From Acidimicrobiaceae bacterium (GTDB taxonomy: Bacteria; Actinomycetota; Acidimicrobiia; Acidimicrobiales; Poriferisodalaceae), in the NCBI GenBank assembly GCA_002721305.1, contig PBKA01000010.1:10974-74973 (forward strand): DNA of 64,000 nucleotides, given 5' to 3'. Below are positions 38,104-46,733 of the stretch, piece by piece (the first letter of the stretch is position 1; each line of letters begins with the position of its first letter). The position numbers were made by a program, and so were the translations under genes. The notes under the pieces are model-generated. The model was not told the DNA's origin. It did no database searches and worked only from the letters and a program-made list of their open reading frames with translations.

Positions 38104-38565
38104 ATGGAAAACAGTGATCGAAATTCGTCCGATTCAATTATTGACGACGGTTTGCCTTTAGCGACCACAGCGGGATCGGTAGCAACTATTGATAGTGCTC
38201 CGTCTGTGCGCTTCTCGATGGTGGCCAAGGTCATCGGTCGACTGGGATCTCAAATCGGTTTCACCGTTCCGGGTTTTCGGAGCCCACCGCGTTCAGGGGA
38301 AATAGACCGAACTCTGCGAAAGGACAGATCTGGAAGTATCGTCGCCGTCCGCATTAAGGACAGGCAGTTCGAAGCCGTCATCGCGGACATGATCGAAGGG
38401 GTAGTGGTCTGTAACGGGCTATCGACTGAACGCTCGGGTGAAATACGCAATCTTTTGTGGCGAGCGGCAATGCAGGTCGGGAAAGATGTCGCGCCTGAGT
38501 TCAGGCACAGGTCCACTGTGGTGGTCCACCGTCTACCCGTGGGAGATAGTGCCGAAGCAGCCTAA
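38104..38565 (+). CDS. hypothetical protein (153 aa)
   Basis: Intact ORF divergent from the nuclease gene. I recognise no motif. Confidence 0.4.
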   Translation: MENSDRNSSDSIIDDGLPLATTAGSVATIDSAPSVRFSMVAKVIGRLGSQIGFTVPGFRSPPRSGEIDRTLRKDRSGSIVAVRIKDRQFEAVIADMIEGVVVCNGLSTERSGEIRNLLWRAAMQVGKDVAPEFRHRSTVVVHRLPVGDSAEAA

Positions 38566-38617
38566 GAGGGCGTCGTGGCCAATCTCGGGGCCTAGGCTTA
38601 GAGCGCCGCACTAATCG

Positions 38618-38702
38618 GCCCGGGTGGCGGAATGGCAGACGCAGAGGGCTTAAACCCCTCGGCTCTTAACGGGGCGTGTGGGTTCGAATCCCACTCCGGG
38701 CA
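38618..38702 (+). tRNA. tRNA-Leu (anticodon UAA)
   Basis: Hand fold. Acceptor GCCCGGG/TCCGGGC (one G-U). Anticodon stem GAGGG/CCCTC with loop CTTAAAC. Long variable arm. T arm GTGGG-TTCGAAT-CCCAC. Discriminator A. Confidence 0.9.
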
Positions 38703-38704
38703 CG

Positions 38705-39709
38705 TTACGAGGTCGCTGACCGAAGCGACGCGGTTGTTTCCGATCCAGGAAGTAAACGATTCTTGGCAGCTGAGATACAGCGATCCCTGAGCACTCGGTT
38801 GAGCGGTGTGGCCACTTGGTGTTGTTCACCGAGTCGGACGATAGCGCCGTTGAAGTGATCGACTTCGACATTTCCTCGCTGAGACTGGAGGTCTTGCCAG
38901 GTACTTGGATAAGACCTGCTTTCCTCGGTCAATGAAGTTTGGGGTGGCCAGCGGCCGGGTTCGCGAAGTCGAGCAATTTGTTCCCGCAGAGTCCGTTTCC
39001 CGACCATTCGGGCTGAAATGGCCGCTGCCTCCAGTACGTCCGCTGCCTCCTCGTTTACGTCGGCTATGAATCGACGGTCAACAGGGTCGCAGGAGGCTTC
39101 TTGAACTGAGAGGTTCGTCAAAGCCAGATAAGCGTTGGCCAAGTTTCTGACCAACTTGCCCCACTTACCATCGATGATTTGCTCGTCAATCGACGCATCC
39201 ATTCCGCTGGCAACCAAATCGGATACGAGAGCCTCACAGGTAGCGTTGCTTCCCGTAGGCCAAGTCCCGATGTTTAGTATCTTCCCCCCGGAATGCCTGA
39301 CAATCCCCGGTTCAGTGATTTCGGCGCCCACCATCACTGTGCACCCGTAAGTCTCATAACCCCGACTCGAAAGCCATTCTTCATTAGTGACTCCGTTTTG
39401 ACAGCACACCAGTGGCAGTTCCCTGTATAGCGACGCGTGTTGTTCGATGGCGTCGAAGGTGTCGTCGGTTTTCATTGCAAGAAGGACGAGTGTCTGATCA
39501 TCGATGTCCAGCTGGCGAGCGCTCTCTTCAGCCGGGAGGTCCCATGTGCCGGTGGTGTTTTGCGTAACCGTAAGCCCTTGTGTCTGAAGGGCTTGAAGAT
39601 GAGGCCCTCTTGCGACTAATTGCACGCGCCGACCGACGCTAGCTAAGCGGGCCGCGATGACGCTGCCGATACCTCCGGCTCCGTGGACGACGTAGTTCCG
39701 AGGTGTCAT
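38705..39709 (-). CDS. 2-dehydropantoate 2-reductase family (PanE/ApbA-like) oxidoreductase
   Basis: Rossmann motif YVVHGAGGIGSVIAARL. I prefer ATG 39709, which has an ATGA overlap with the upstream SnoaL-like gene, over the ORF-track start 39790. Confidence 0.75.
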   Translation of the reverse strand: MTPRNYVVHGAGGIGSVIAARLASVGRRVQLVARGPHLQALQTQGLTVTQNTTGTWDLPAEESARQLDIDDQTLVLLAMKTDDTFDAIEQHASLYRELPLVCCQNGVTNEEWLSSRGYETYGCTVMVGAEITEPGIVRHSGGKILNIGTWPTGSNATCEALVSDLVASGMDASIDEQIIDGKWGKLVRNLANAYLALTNLSVQEASCDPVDRRFIADVNEEAADVLEAAAISARMVGKRTLREQIARLREPGRWPPQTSLTEESRSYPSTWQDLQSQRGNVEVDHFNGAIVRLGEQHQVATPLNRVLRDRCISAAKNRLLPGSETTASLRSATS

Positions 39710-40086
39710 CCCCAAGACCCACTGCCGGCAGGGGCGTTCCAGACTTCGGTGATTTGTCCCTCTCGAATGGTGAAGATTTCTATCCCGCATATGGTTGACA
39801 CTTCTCCGTTCTGGTCGACCAGATCGGCTTCGTACGCGGTCGCGACTGATTCATGATCTTCAATTAATTTTCGATTAGTGAATCTCATTGACCTGAATTG
39901 TTGATGCAATGAAGCAATGCGGTGGGTCGCTTCCTCAATGGTCAGAGCTACTCGACTTCCATCAGGCTCATGTCGGATCATCGGGTCCGCTACTAAAGTC
40001 TCGAGGGCGTTCAGATTGCGTTGATGGTAGATCTGCTCCGTGTATTGGTCGACAATTTCTGCGGGGCTTGAGTTAGATAAGGTCAC
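39706..40086 (-). CDS. SnoaL-like / NTF2-fold protein
   Basis: 126 aa. ...LVADPMIRHEP...ICGIEIFTIREGQITEVW... is typical of SnoaL-like ester cyclases. Confidence 0.6.
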   Translation of the reverse strand: MTLSNSSPAEIVDQYTEQIYHQRNLNALETLVADPMIRHEPDGSRVALTIEEATHRIASLHQQFRSMRFTNRKLIEDHESVATAYEADLVDQNGEVSTICGIEIFTIREGQITEVWNAPAGSGSWG

Positions 40087-40126
40087 GGTTTCATGCTTTC
40101 AGAATTACGGGTGTTAGCGTCGCGGC

Positions 40127-41392
40127 ATGCGTAGTTGGAATACAACCCATCCCAATCTCATGGAACCGTTGTTCTGGTTGCAATCCGCGGACGACTGTGA
40201 TGCGAGTATTGCTCAGTTGCATGCTGAAGCACCTCTAGATTGGTTCGAAGAGCCTCTGCCTGACAATCCTTACCTCCAAGCAGGGCCAGGCTATTGGTGT
40301 GTTACGCGCCACGAGGATATATCCGTGATCTCTCGGAATCCTGAGATTTACAGTTCGGCACAAGGAATAACCATTACCGACACGCCTCCAGAGTTCCTTG
40401 AATTCTTCAGCTCAATGATTGCTATGGACGACCCTCGGCATGCCAGGCTCCGGCGCATAGTTTCCAAAGGCTTCACTCCCAAGATGTTGGGTGCGCTAGA
40501 AGACTCCGTGCAGACCGTAGCCGCGGGCATCGTCGATGACATCGGCGAAAAAGGTGAGTGTGACTTCGTCACCGACGTGGCCGCAGCCTTGCCGCTCAAG
40601 ATTGTGTGCGATCTCATGGGCGTACCTGGTTCAGAGTACGAAATGGTATTCAAGAACACGAACATCATCTTGGGGGTAGGTGACCCGGAGTTCACTCCTG
40701 AAGGGGTCGACTTTGTAACAGCCTTGCTCAATGCCGGAGGTGAACTCGCAGAACTAATGGGCGAAGTAGCAGAAGCAAAAAAAGGAGGAGACGGCACTGA
40801 TCTGACCAGCGTGTTGGTTAACGCCGAACTTGAAGGTGATCATTTGGATCAGGCTGATCTCGCGAGTTTTTTTGTTCTTCTCGTTGTCGCGGGAAATGAG
40901 ACAACAAGGAACGCCATTTCTTGGGGTTTGAAATACCTGACCGACAATCCGGATCAAAGAGCGATGTGGGCGACCGATTTCGAAAATCTGGCTCCAGGCG
41001 CAGTAGAAGAAATAGTCAGGCTTGCAAGTCCGGTCACCTACATGCGTCGAACCGTAACCGAGGACACGGTTCTGGGAGACAGGGAACTTTCTGAAGGGGA
41101 CAAGGTCGCGATGTTCTACCTTGCGGCCAATCGCGATCCAGCTGTTTTCGGAGATCCTTACCGTTTCGACATCACGCGCACCCCGAATCCCCAATGTGGA
41201 TTTGGTGGACCGGGCCCCCATTTTTGTTTGGGAGCTCATCTGGCACGGCGTGAAATTACCGTGATGTTTCGAGAACTTCTCCAGAGACTGCCCGATATCT
41301 ATGCGGCCGGTGCACCCGATCCCCTGCAGTCCTCATTTATCCATGGGGTAAAGCACCTTGATGCTCGGTTTACCCCTGTAAGGCCCGGATAA
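40127..41392 (+). CDS. cytochrome P450
   Basis: Heme-thiolate loop FGGPGPHFCLGAHLAR, I-helix VVAGNETT and ExxR (EIVRLASP). Confidence 0.9.
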   Translation: MRSWNTTHPNLMEPLFWLQSADDCDASIAQLHAEAPLDWFEEPLPDNPYLQAGPGYWCVTRHEDISVISRNPEIYSSAQGITITDTPPEFLEFFSSMIAMDDPRHARLRRIVSKGFTPKMLGALEDSVQTVAAGIVDDIGEKGECDFVTDVAAALPLKIVCDLMGVPGSEYEMVFKNTNIILGVGDPEFTPEGVDFVTALLNAGGELAELMGEVAEAKKGGDGTDLTSVLVNAELEGDHLDQADLASFFVLLVVAGNETTRNAISWGLKYLTDNPDQRAMWATDFENLAPGAVEEIVRLASPVTYMRRTVTEDTVLGDRELSEGDKVAMFYLAANRDPAVFGDPYRFDITRTPNPQCGFGGPGPHFCLGAHLARREITVMFRELLQRLPDIYAAGAPDPLQSSFIHGVKHLDARFTPVRPG

Positions 41393-42282
41393 TGCCTCGC
41401 GCGAGGGTCGGGGAACTGGAACTGGAATACGACACGATCGGATCATCGGATGATCCCGCAGTCTTGTTGGTGATGGGGTTAGGGGCGCAGCTGATCCACT
41501 GGCACAAGGACTTTTGTCAGCGCCTTGCCGACGGAGGATTCCAAGTGATCAGGTTCGATAATCGGGATGCGGGACTATCAACAAAATTAGATGGCGTGCA
41601 AGTCGACTTCCTTTCCCTCGTAGCTGCCGCGCTTGACGGACAAGAAGTTTTCAATACGCCCTATGAGCTATCTGACATGGCTAATGATGCTTTTGGCATT
41701 CTTGACGAGCTCGACATTAATCAGGCCCACATTGTGGGGGCATCCCTTGGTGGGATGATCGCGCAGACCATGGCCATAGAACAGCCCGATCGGGTGCTCT
41801 CGCTGACATCAATAATGTCCGCTACCGGCACCCGAGAAGTGATGGACATCCCCGAAGATTCGCTTGCTCTCTTGTTGGCGCCGACTCCCACCGAAAGATC
41901 TGCATACATTGCTTACTCCGCCGAGTACGCGATCTGGTCCAGCAAGAGGTACTTTGACCTTCAACTGGCGCAAGAGCACGCCGCTGTTTCGTTTGACCGC
42001 TGCAACTACCCCGATGGAGCTGGGAGGCAAATTGCCGCCATGTTGGCTAGTGGTGACCGGGAACCTCACTTAGCGAAGCTGAAGGTGCCTACCTTGGTGA
42101 TCCACGGACGTGACGATCGTCTTGTTCTGCCGGCTTTGGGCGCGCGCACAGCGGATGTCATTCCTGGATCAAACTACCTGTTAGTTAGTGACATGGGGCA
42201 CGATCTACCCGAACCGTTGTGGCCGGTTGTCATTGATGCGATACACAGCCATATGCGGAGTTCGAGTGTGATTGCTGGGTGA
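41392..42282 (+). CDS. alpha/beta hydrolase
   Basis: Nucleophile elbow HIVGASLGG. TAATG overlap with the P450 gene. Confidence 0.8.
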   Translation: MPRARVGELELEYDTIGSSDDPAVLLVMGLGAQLIHWHKDFCQRLADGGFQVIRFDNRDAGLSTKLDGVQVDFLSLVAAALDGQEVFNTPYELSDMANDAFGILDELDINQAHIVGASLGGMIAQTMAIEQPDRVLSLTSIMSATGTREVMDIPEDSLALLLAPTPTERSAYIAYSAEYAIWSSKRYFDLQLAQEHAAVSFDRCNYPDGAGRQIAAMLASGDREPHLAKLKVPTLVIHGRDDRLVLPALGARTADVIPGSNYLLVSDMGHDLPEPLWPVVIDAIHSHMRSSSVIAG

Positions 42283-42330
42283 TTCTGCCAACCCACAAGG
42301 ATGGAATTACGTTTCCATGGCCTATTTGTT

Positions 42331-43221
42331 CTAAGTCGCTTTCGCCGATTCTTGTTGAAGATTTGATATCAGCGTTGAAGCAGCTGGGATGGCTAAGCCG
42401 CTATCGCGAGTGGTTGCAGCGAGAACCCGTTTTAACAGCGGCGCCTTCCGGATCGAGATGAGAGAGGCGGGAGGACGTTCAGCTTGCATGCGGGGAAGCA
42501 CCGTCCATCCCATACCTATGTGGACCAATTCGCTGAGCACTTCGGGTTGGTTTGACTCGGCGACAACATCAAATGGAGCGCCTGCCGAGCGAAGCGCATT
42601 CTCGATGAGATCTCTGGTTACCGAGCCTCTAGGAAATGTAACCCAAGGACCCCAATTCTGGGGTGTAGAAGCGTTGGTTCCAGGGGGAGCATAGATGTAG
42701 AGAGCTTCTTCCAGAAGCGGTACTCGGACGAAGGTGGTGGCGTCGGTTGCCACACACACTGCGAGATCAAGATCTCCGCTAAGGAGGTCTTCGAGTAGTT
42801 GTCCCGAAGGTCCAACCGTTATGTGCAGGTCTAGACGGGGGCTGTTTTCTCGGAATTCCTTCAATGTTTCACCGAAGTGGTCTACAGCCGCTGCATCAAT
42901 CATGCCGACGCGTAGTTTGCCGGCGGAACCTGCGCGAACTTGATCAGCCCACCCAGAAAGGTCGCTTGTGAGTGCCAGGATGCGTCGGGCGTGTTCGGTG
43001 ACTTGCTGTGCAGCGGATGTCGGTATGCGCTTGCGGCCGTTCCAAGCGAACAATTCGATACCCAGCCGACGTTGGAGCTCAGCAAGCCCTTGAGACAAGG
43101 CTGATTGGCTGACTCCAAGAGTGTTAGCGGCCTTAGCCCAAGTCGTTGCCTCTTGAGCTGCAACCAAATACTCCATTTGCGTGATGGATATATCGGGGAG
43201 CCGCGGGCGTGTTGCCGCCAT
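42331..43221 (-). CDS. LysR-family transcriptional regulator
   Basis: wHTH region TWAKAANTLGVSQSALSQGLAELQRRLGIELF. Confidence 0.9.
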   Translation of the reverse strand: MAATRPRLPDISITQMEYLVAAQEATTWAKAANTLGVSQSALSQGLAELQRRLGIELFAWNGRKRIPTSAAQQVTEHARRILALTSDLSGWADQVRAGSAGKLRVGMIDAAAVDHFGETLKEFRENSPRLDLHITVGPSGQLLEDLLSGDLDLAVCVATDATTFVRVPLLEEALYIYAPPGTNASTPQNWGPWVTFPRGSVTRDLIENALRSAGAPFDVVAESNQPEVLSELVHIGMGWTVLPRMQAERPPASLISIRKAPLLKRVLAATTRDSGLAIPAASTLISNLQQESAKAT

Positions 43222-43245
43222 TAGATCACCATCGTAAATCGAAAC

Positions 43246-43260
43246 TTAAGTATTACTTAA
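43246..43260. promoter_or_regulatory. candidate LysR operator: 7-1-7 palindrome TTAAGTA-T-TACTTAA in an AT-rich divergent promoter region
   Basis: The arms are perfect reverse complements and contain a T-N11-A arrangement. The site lies between the LysR gene (minus) and the inositol-phosphate synthase gene (plus). Confidence 0.4.
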
Positions 43261-43300
43261 TATATAAACATAAAACCACTTAAACACTTATGATTTAACT

Positions 43301-44602
43301 ATGACCACAATCAACATTGCACCAGCGACCGGAAAGCTCGGAGTGCTCACGCCTGGAATGGGAGCTGTTGCAACGACCTTCATCGCCGGAGTCTTAGCTG
43401 CACGACAAGGATTGGCGGCGCCGATTGGTTCAGTGTCACAAATGGCTCACATCCGACTCGGCAAAAAGGACGACGATCGTAACCCCTTGATTAAAGATTT
43501 CGTTCCCCTCGCCGGACTGGATGACCTGGTATTCGGCGGTTGGGACCCCATTACCCCCAATGCCTTAGAAGGAGCACAGGCCGCAGGAGTTCTGGAGGAT
43601 CGCGACCTGGCTGCGATTTCGGCTGAGCTAGAAGGCATCGTCGCGATGGACGCGGTCTTCGACCAGCGATGGGTCAAGAAGCTGGATGGCAATCGCGTCA
43701 AAGCGTTGGATTCGAAATTAGATCAAGCCGAAGCGTTGATGGCGGACATCGAACACTTTCGAGCCGAAAACGATTGTGACCGTCTCATCATGGTGTGGTG
43801 CGGCTCTACAGAGGCATATCAAGAACCCAGTTCCGTCCACGAAAGCCTTGAAGTTTTCGAAGAGGCGCTCGCTACCAACGATGAGAACATTTCCCCAAGT
43901 CAAATTTACGCATATGCGGCTCTCATGAGCGATGTCCCGTTCGCGAACGGAGCGCCCAACCTGAGTGTCGACCTGCCTTGCATGATCGAACTAGCGGAGC
44001 GTCGAGGTGTTCCGATCGCTGGGAAGGATTTCAAGACAGGCCAAACGCTGATGAAGACGCTTGTAGCCCCAGGGCTAAAGGCCAGGATGCTAGGACTCAG
44101 AGGATGGTATAGCACCAACATTCTCGGTAATCGAGATGGGGAAGTGTTGGACGACCCAGAAAATTTCAAAACCAAGGAAGTGTCAAAACTAGGAGTGTTG
44201 GACACCATTTTGCAGCCGTCTGTCTATCCCGATTTGTACGGTGACATTGATCATGTGGTCAGAATTAACTACTACCCGCCTCGGGGAGACAACAAAGAAG
44301 GCTGGGATAACATCGATATTTTTGGATGGCTCGGTTACCCGATGCAGATCAAAATTGACTTCTTGTGTCGAGACTCCATATTGGCGGCACCCATCGTTTT
44401 GGATCTAGCTCTCTTTCTGGACCTCGCGCAGCGCGCAGGTGAATCTGGAGTGCAGGAGTGGTTGTCGTTCTACCTGAAGGCACCGCAATCTGGCAGTCCA
44501 TCGGGCCCTGAGCACGACATCTTCATCCAGCAGACCAAGCTAAAGAACACGCTACGGGAATGGATGGGTGAAGAACCTGTAACCCACTCCGAAGCGGGCT
44601 AA
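43301..44602 (+). CDS. ino1: inositol-3-phosphate synthase (Archaeoglobus/eukaryote-like type)
   Basis: GAVATTFIAGV..., IYAYAALMSDVPFANGAPN, AGKDFKTGQTLMKTLVAP and STNILGNRDGEVL align by eye with my memory of the A. fulgidus MIPS sequence. Confidence 0.75.
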   Translation: MTTINIAPATGKLGVLTPGMGAVATTFIAGVLAARQGLAAPIGSVSQMAHIRLGKKDDDRNPLIKDFVPLAGLDDLVFGGWDPITPNALEGAQAAGVLEDRDLAAISAELEGIVAMDAVFDQRWVKKLDGNRVKALDSKLDQAEALMADIEHFRAENDCDRLIMVWCGSTEAYQEPSSVHESLEVFEEALATNDENISPSQIYAYAALMSDVPFANGAPNLSVDLPCMIELAERRGVPIAGKDFKTGQTLMKTLVAPGLKARMLGLRGWYSTNILGNRDGEVLDDPENFKTKEVSKLGVLDTILQPSVYPDLYGDIDHVVRINYYPPRGDNKEGWDNIDIFGWLGYPMQIKIDFLCRDSILAAPIVLDLALFLDLAQRAGESGVQEWLSFYLKAPQSGSPSGPEHDIFIQQTKLKNTLREWMGEEPVTHSEAG

Positions 44603-44642
44603 CTCAACTCGGACTTGAACAATCCCGATCATCAACGGTTAG

Positions 44643-45716
44643 TCAGGGCCGCAAACTGTCGCTTTCTCGCAGTGTGCTCAACATTGACGCCAATAAGTTG
44701 CTGTCCTCCGTGTTGTTGACCGGAATACTGAATTCGATGCGGTCGATCAGGCGGCCAAAACGCTCATTTAACAGCGAAGCGATCTTGTCATATGTTCCAA
44801 CGGTGGCGATCGTGTGAAACATTTCGTCGTTCACTAGGACGGGAATCTCGTCCCAACGTTGCTCTCGGGAAAGGGAGGCGGCCTGATCCACCTGATCACC
44901 CCAACCATGAACTTCAAACGCCGCTTTGTAGGCAGGGGTGGCGAGATAGAAACCCACTCGTGCCCGAACGCTTTCAGCAACTTGGTCAAGGCTTTCGTCA
45001 TCAGGCGCCGTGGCAATCAACGGCTTCATGCACCAGTCAATGTTCTTGGGGTCCCGCCTAGTTCTAGCGGCGCCCAATTCCACAGCAGGAATCATTACGT
45101 CTTCAATGTATTTCGGCGAACAAACGGGGTGCAGCCGTATACCGTCGGCTACTTCTCCGACTACCCCGCACATGTTGGTGTTGATAGCGGAGACGTGAAC
45201 TGGAATTTCGGGATGATCGATGGGTCCCGGATCAAAGAGCGGAACCATCAGATCTAGTTTGTAGTGGTCTCCGTCATGTTTGAGCGGTTCCCGCTGTTGC
45301 CAACAGCGCCACACCGCCTTCATTGCCAAGATGTAGTCACGCATGCGAGGTGCCGGTGGAGTCCATTCCATTCCGTAGCGACGTCGTATGTGTCCTCGTA
45401 CTTGCGAACCTAGGCCCAAAATTAGTCGACCCTCCGACACTTTCTGCAAGGTCCAAGCAGACATAGCCGTGATCGTGGGTGATCGAGGAAATGCCATTGC
45501 GATAGAGGTCGCGAGTTGAAGCTCGGTGGTGTTTACCGATGCGAGAGTCAACTGCTGATACGGGTCGTCCTTGCATTCTTCAACAGCGATGCCGTCGTAA
45601 CCCAAGTTTTCGATTTGTGCCGCCCCTTGAGCGATAGTCCGAACATCAAGCGGGGTATCAGGTTCTCTCAAACCCGGGTCAACTTTGCCGAGCGGCAGCA
45701 TGGTTTCAGATTTCAT
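44643..45716 (-). CDS. luciferase-like (LLM class) oxidoreductase, possibly F420-dependent
   Basis: 357 aa with TIM-barrel LLM features (...RLILGLGSQVRGHIRRRYG...). Confidence 0.7.
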   Translation of the reverse strand: MKSETMLPLGKVDPGLREPDTPLDVRTIAQGAAQIENLGYDGIAVEECKDDPYQQLTLASVNTTELQLATSIAMAFPRSPTITAMSAWTLQKVSEGRLILGLGSQVRGHIRRRYGMEWTPPAPRMRDYILAMKAVWRCWQQREPLKHDGDHYKLDLMVPLFDPGPIDHPEIPVHVSAINTNMCGVVGEVADGIRLHPVCSPKYIEDVMIPAVELGAARTRRDPKNIDWCMKPLIATAPDDESLDQVAESVRARVGFYLATPAYKAAFEVHGWGDQVDQAASLSREQRWDEIPVLVNDEMFHTIATVGTYDKIASLLNERFGRLIDRIEFSIPVNNTEDSNLLASMLSTLRESDSLRP

Positions 45717-45718
45717 AG

Positions 45719-46717
45719 TTAAAGCTCCAATCGCAATTCTCGGCCAGCGAGGTATGCGTCTAACTGTTCGATGAAAACATCATCGCCCCGTTTTGTGATG
45801 CCGGAACCAGCTCCAGCTATATGAGAAGTCAGCATGACTGCACTGTGATTCCAAAGCGGACTGGAGGGGTCTAGTGGCTCGATATCAAATACATCCAAGA
45901 TTGCTTTCAGTGACCTCCCGGCATCTAGGGCCTCAAGAAGATCACCCGTGTTGACTACGGGTCCTCTTGAGACGTTGACCAGAATCGAGTCGTCCTTCAT
46001 TTGGTTTAAGAAACGCTCGTCCACCAACCCGCGTGTCTCATCAGTCAAAGGGCACGCAACGATCACCACATCAGCGTCTGGCAAAGTGTCGCCGAGTTCA
46101 TCCACCGTGATCATGCGATCTGCACGAGGGTCGTCCGCTTCGGTCCTCCGTACGCCAACAACCTCAACTCCAAACGGTCTCGCTCGTTTGGCGATTTCCC
46201 CTCCGATGGATCCGAAGCCAATAATTATCCAGGTCCCACCGTTGATCTCAACCCAGCTCTTTTGGCTCCACTTACTGTTCCTCTGGTCGTCGTTGCGCTG
46301 CCGCCAGCCATGGACAACATTCATGATGGCCGCCATTGTGTACTCCGCTACCCCAGCGTTGGGAGAGTCACTATTGCTGAGGCGAATTCCAGCAGAAAGG
46401 ATTCTTTGTAGTGGCGGAGCATCTGCGCCCGCGAGGCAAGACTGGACCCATTTGACCGTTCCACATTCAACAACAGCCTCGGTGAACAAAAGAAAGTCCG
46501 ATGTGGTCATGCCTGGTGATGTCCCGGCAAACAACAAGTCGATTGGTATCCAGGCGATCTCAGGTCGGTAGTCCGGCTCCGTTACCGCCGACCCATCTGG
46601 ATGCGTGAGACCCGAAGAGGACCAACAGAGGACATCAAAGTCGTGCGGAGAATCCTCAAGGCGAGAACGAATTCGTTCGTAAACGGAGAGGGGTACAAGA
46701 ACTTGACGCTTGGACAT
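45719..46717 (-). CDS. D-isomer-specific 2-hydroxyacid dehydrogenase family protein
   Basis: NAD motif IIIGFGSIGGEIAKRA and the C-terminal ...MLTSHIAG... Confidence 0.8.
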   Translation of the reverse strand: MSKRQVLVPLSVYERIRSRLEDSPHDFDVLCWSSSGLTHPDGSAVTEPDYRPEIAWIPIDLLFAGTSPGMTTSDFLLFTEAVVECGTVKWVQSCLAGADAPPLQRILSAGIRLSNSDSPNAGVAEYTMAAIMNVVHGWRQRNDDQRNSKWSQKSWVEINGGTWIIIGFGSIGGEIAKRARPFGVEVVGVRRTEADDPRADRMITVDELGDTLPDADVVIVACPLTDETRGLVDERFLNQMKDDSILVNVSRGPVVNTGDLLEALDAGRSLKAILDVFDIEPLDPSSPLWNHSAVMLTSHIAGAGSGITKRGDDVFIEQLDAYLAGRELRLEL

Positions 46718-46733
46718 AGTCGATCAGCGTAGG

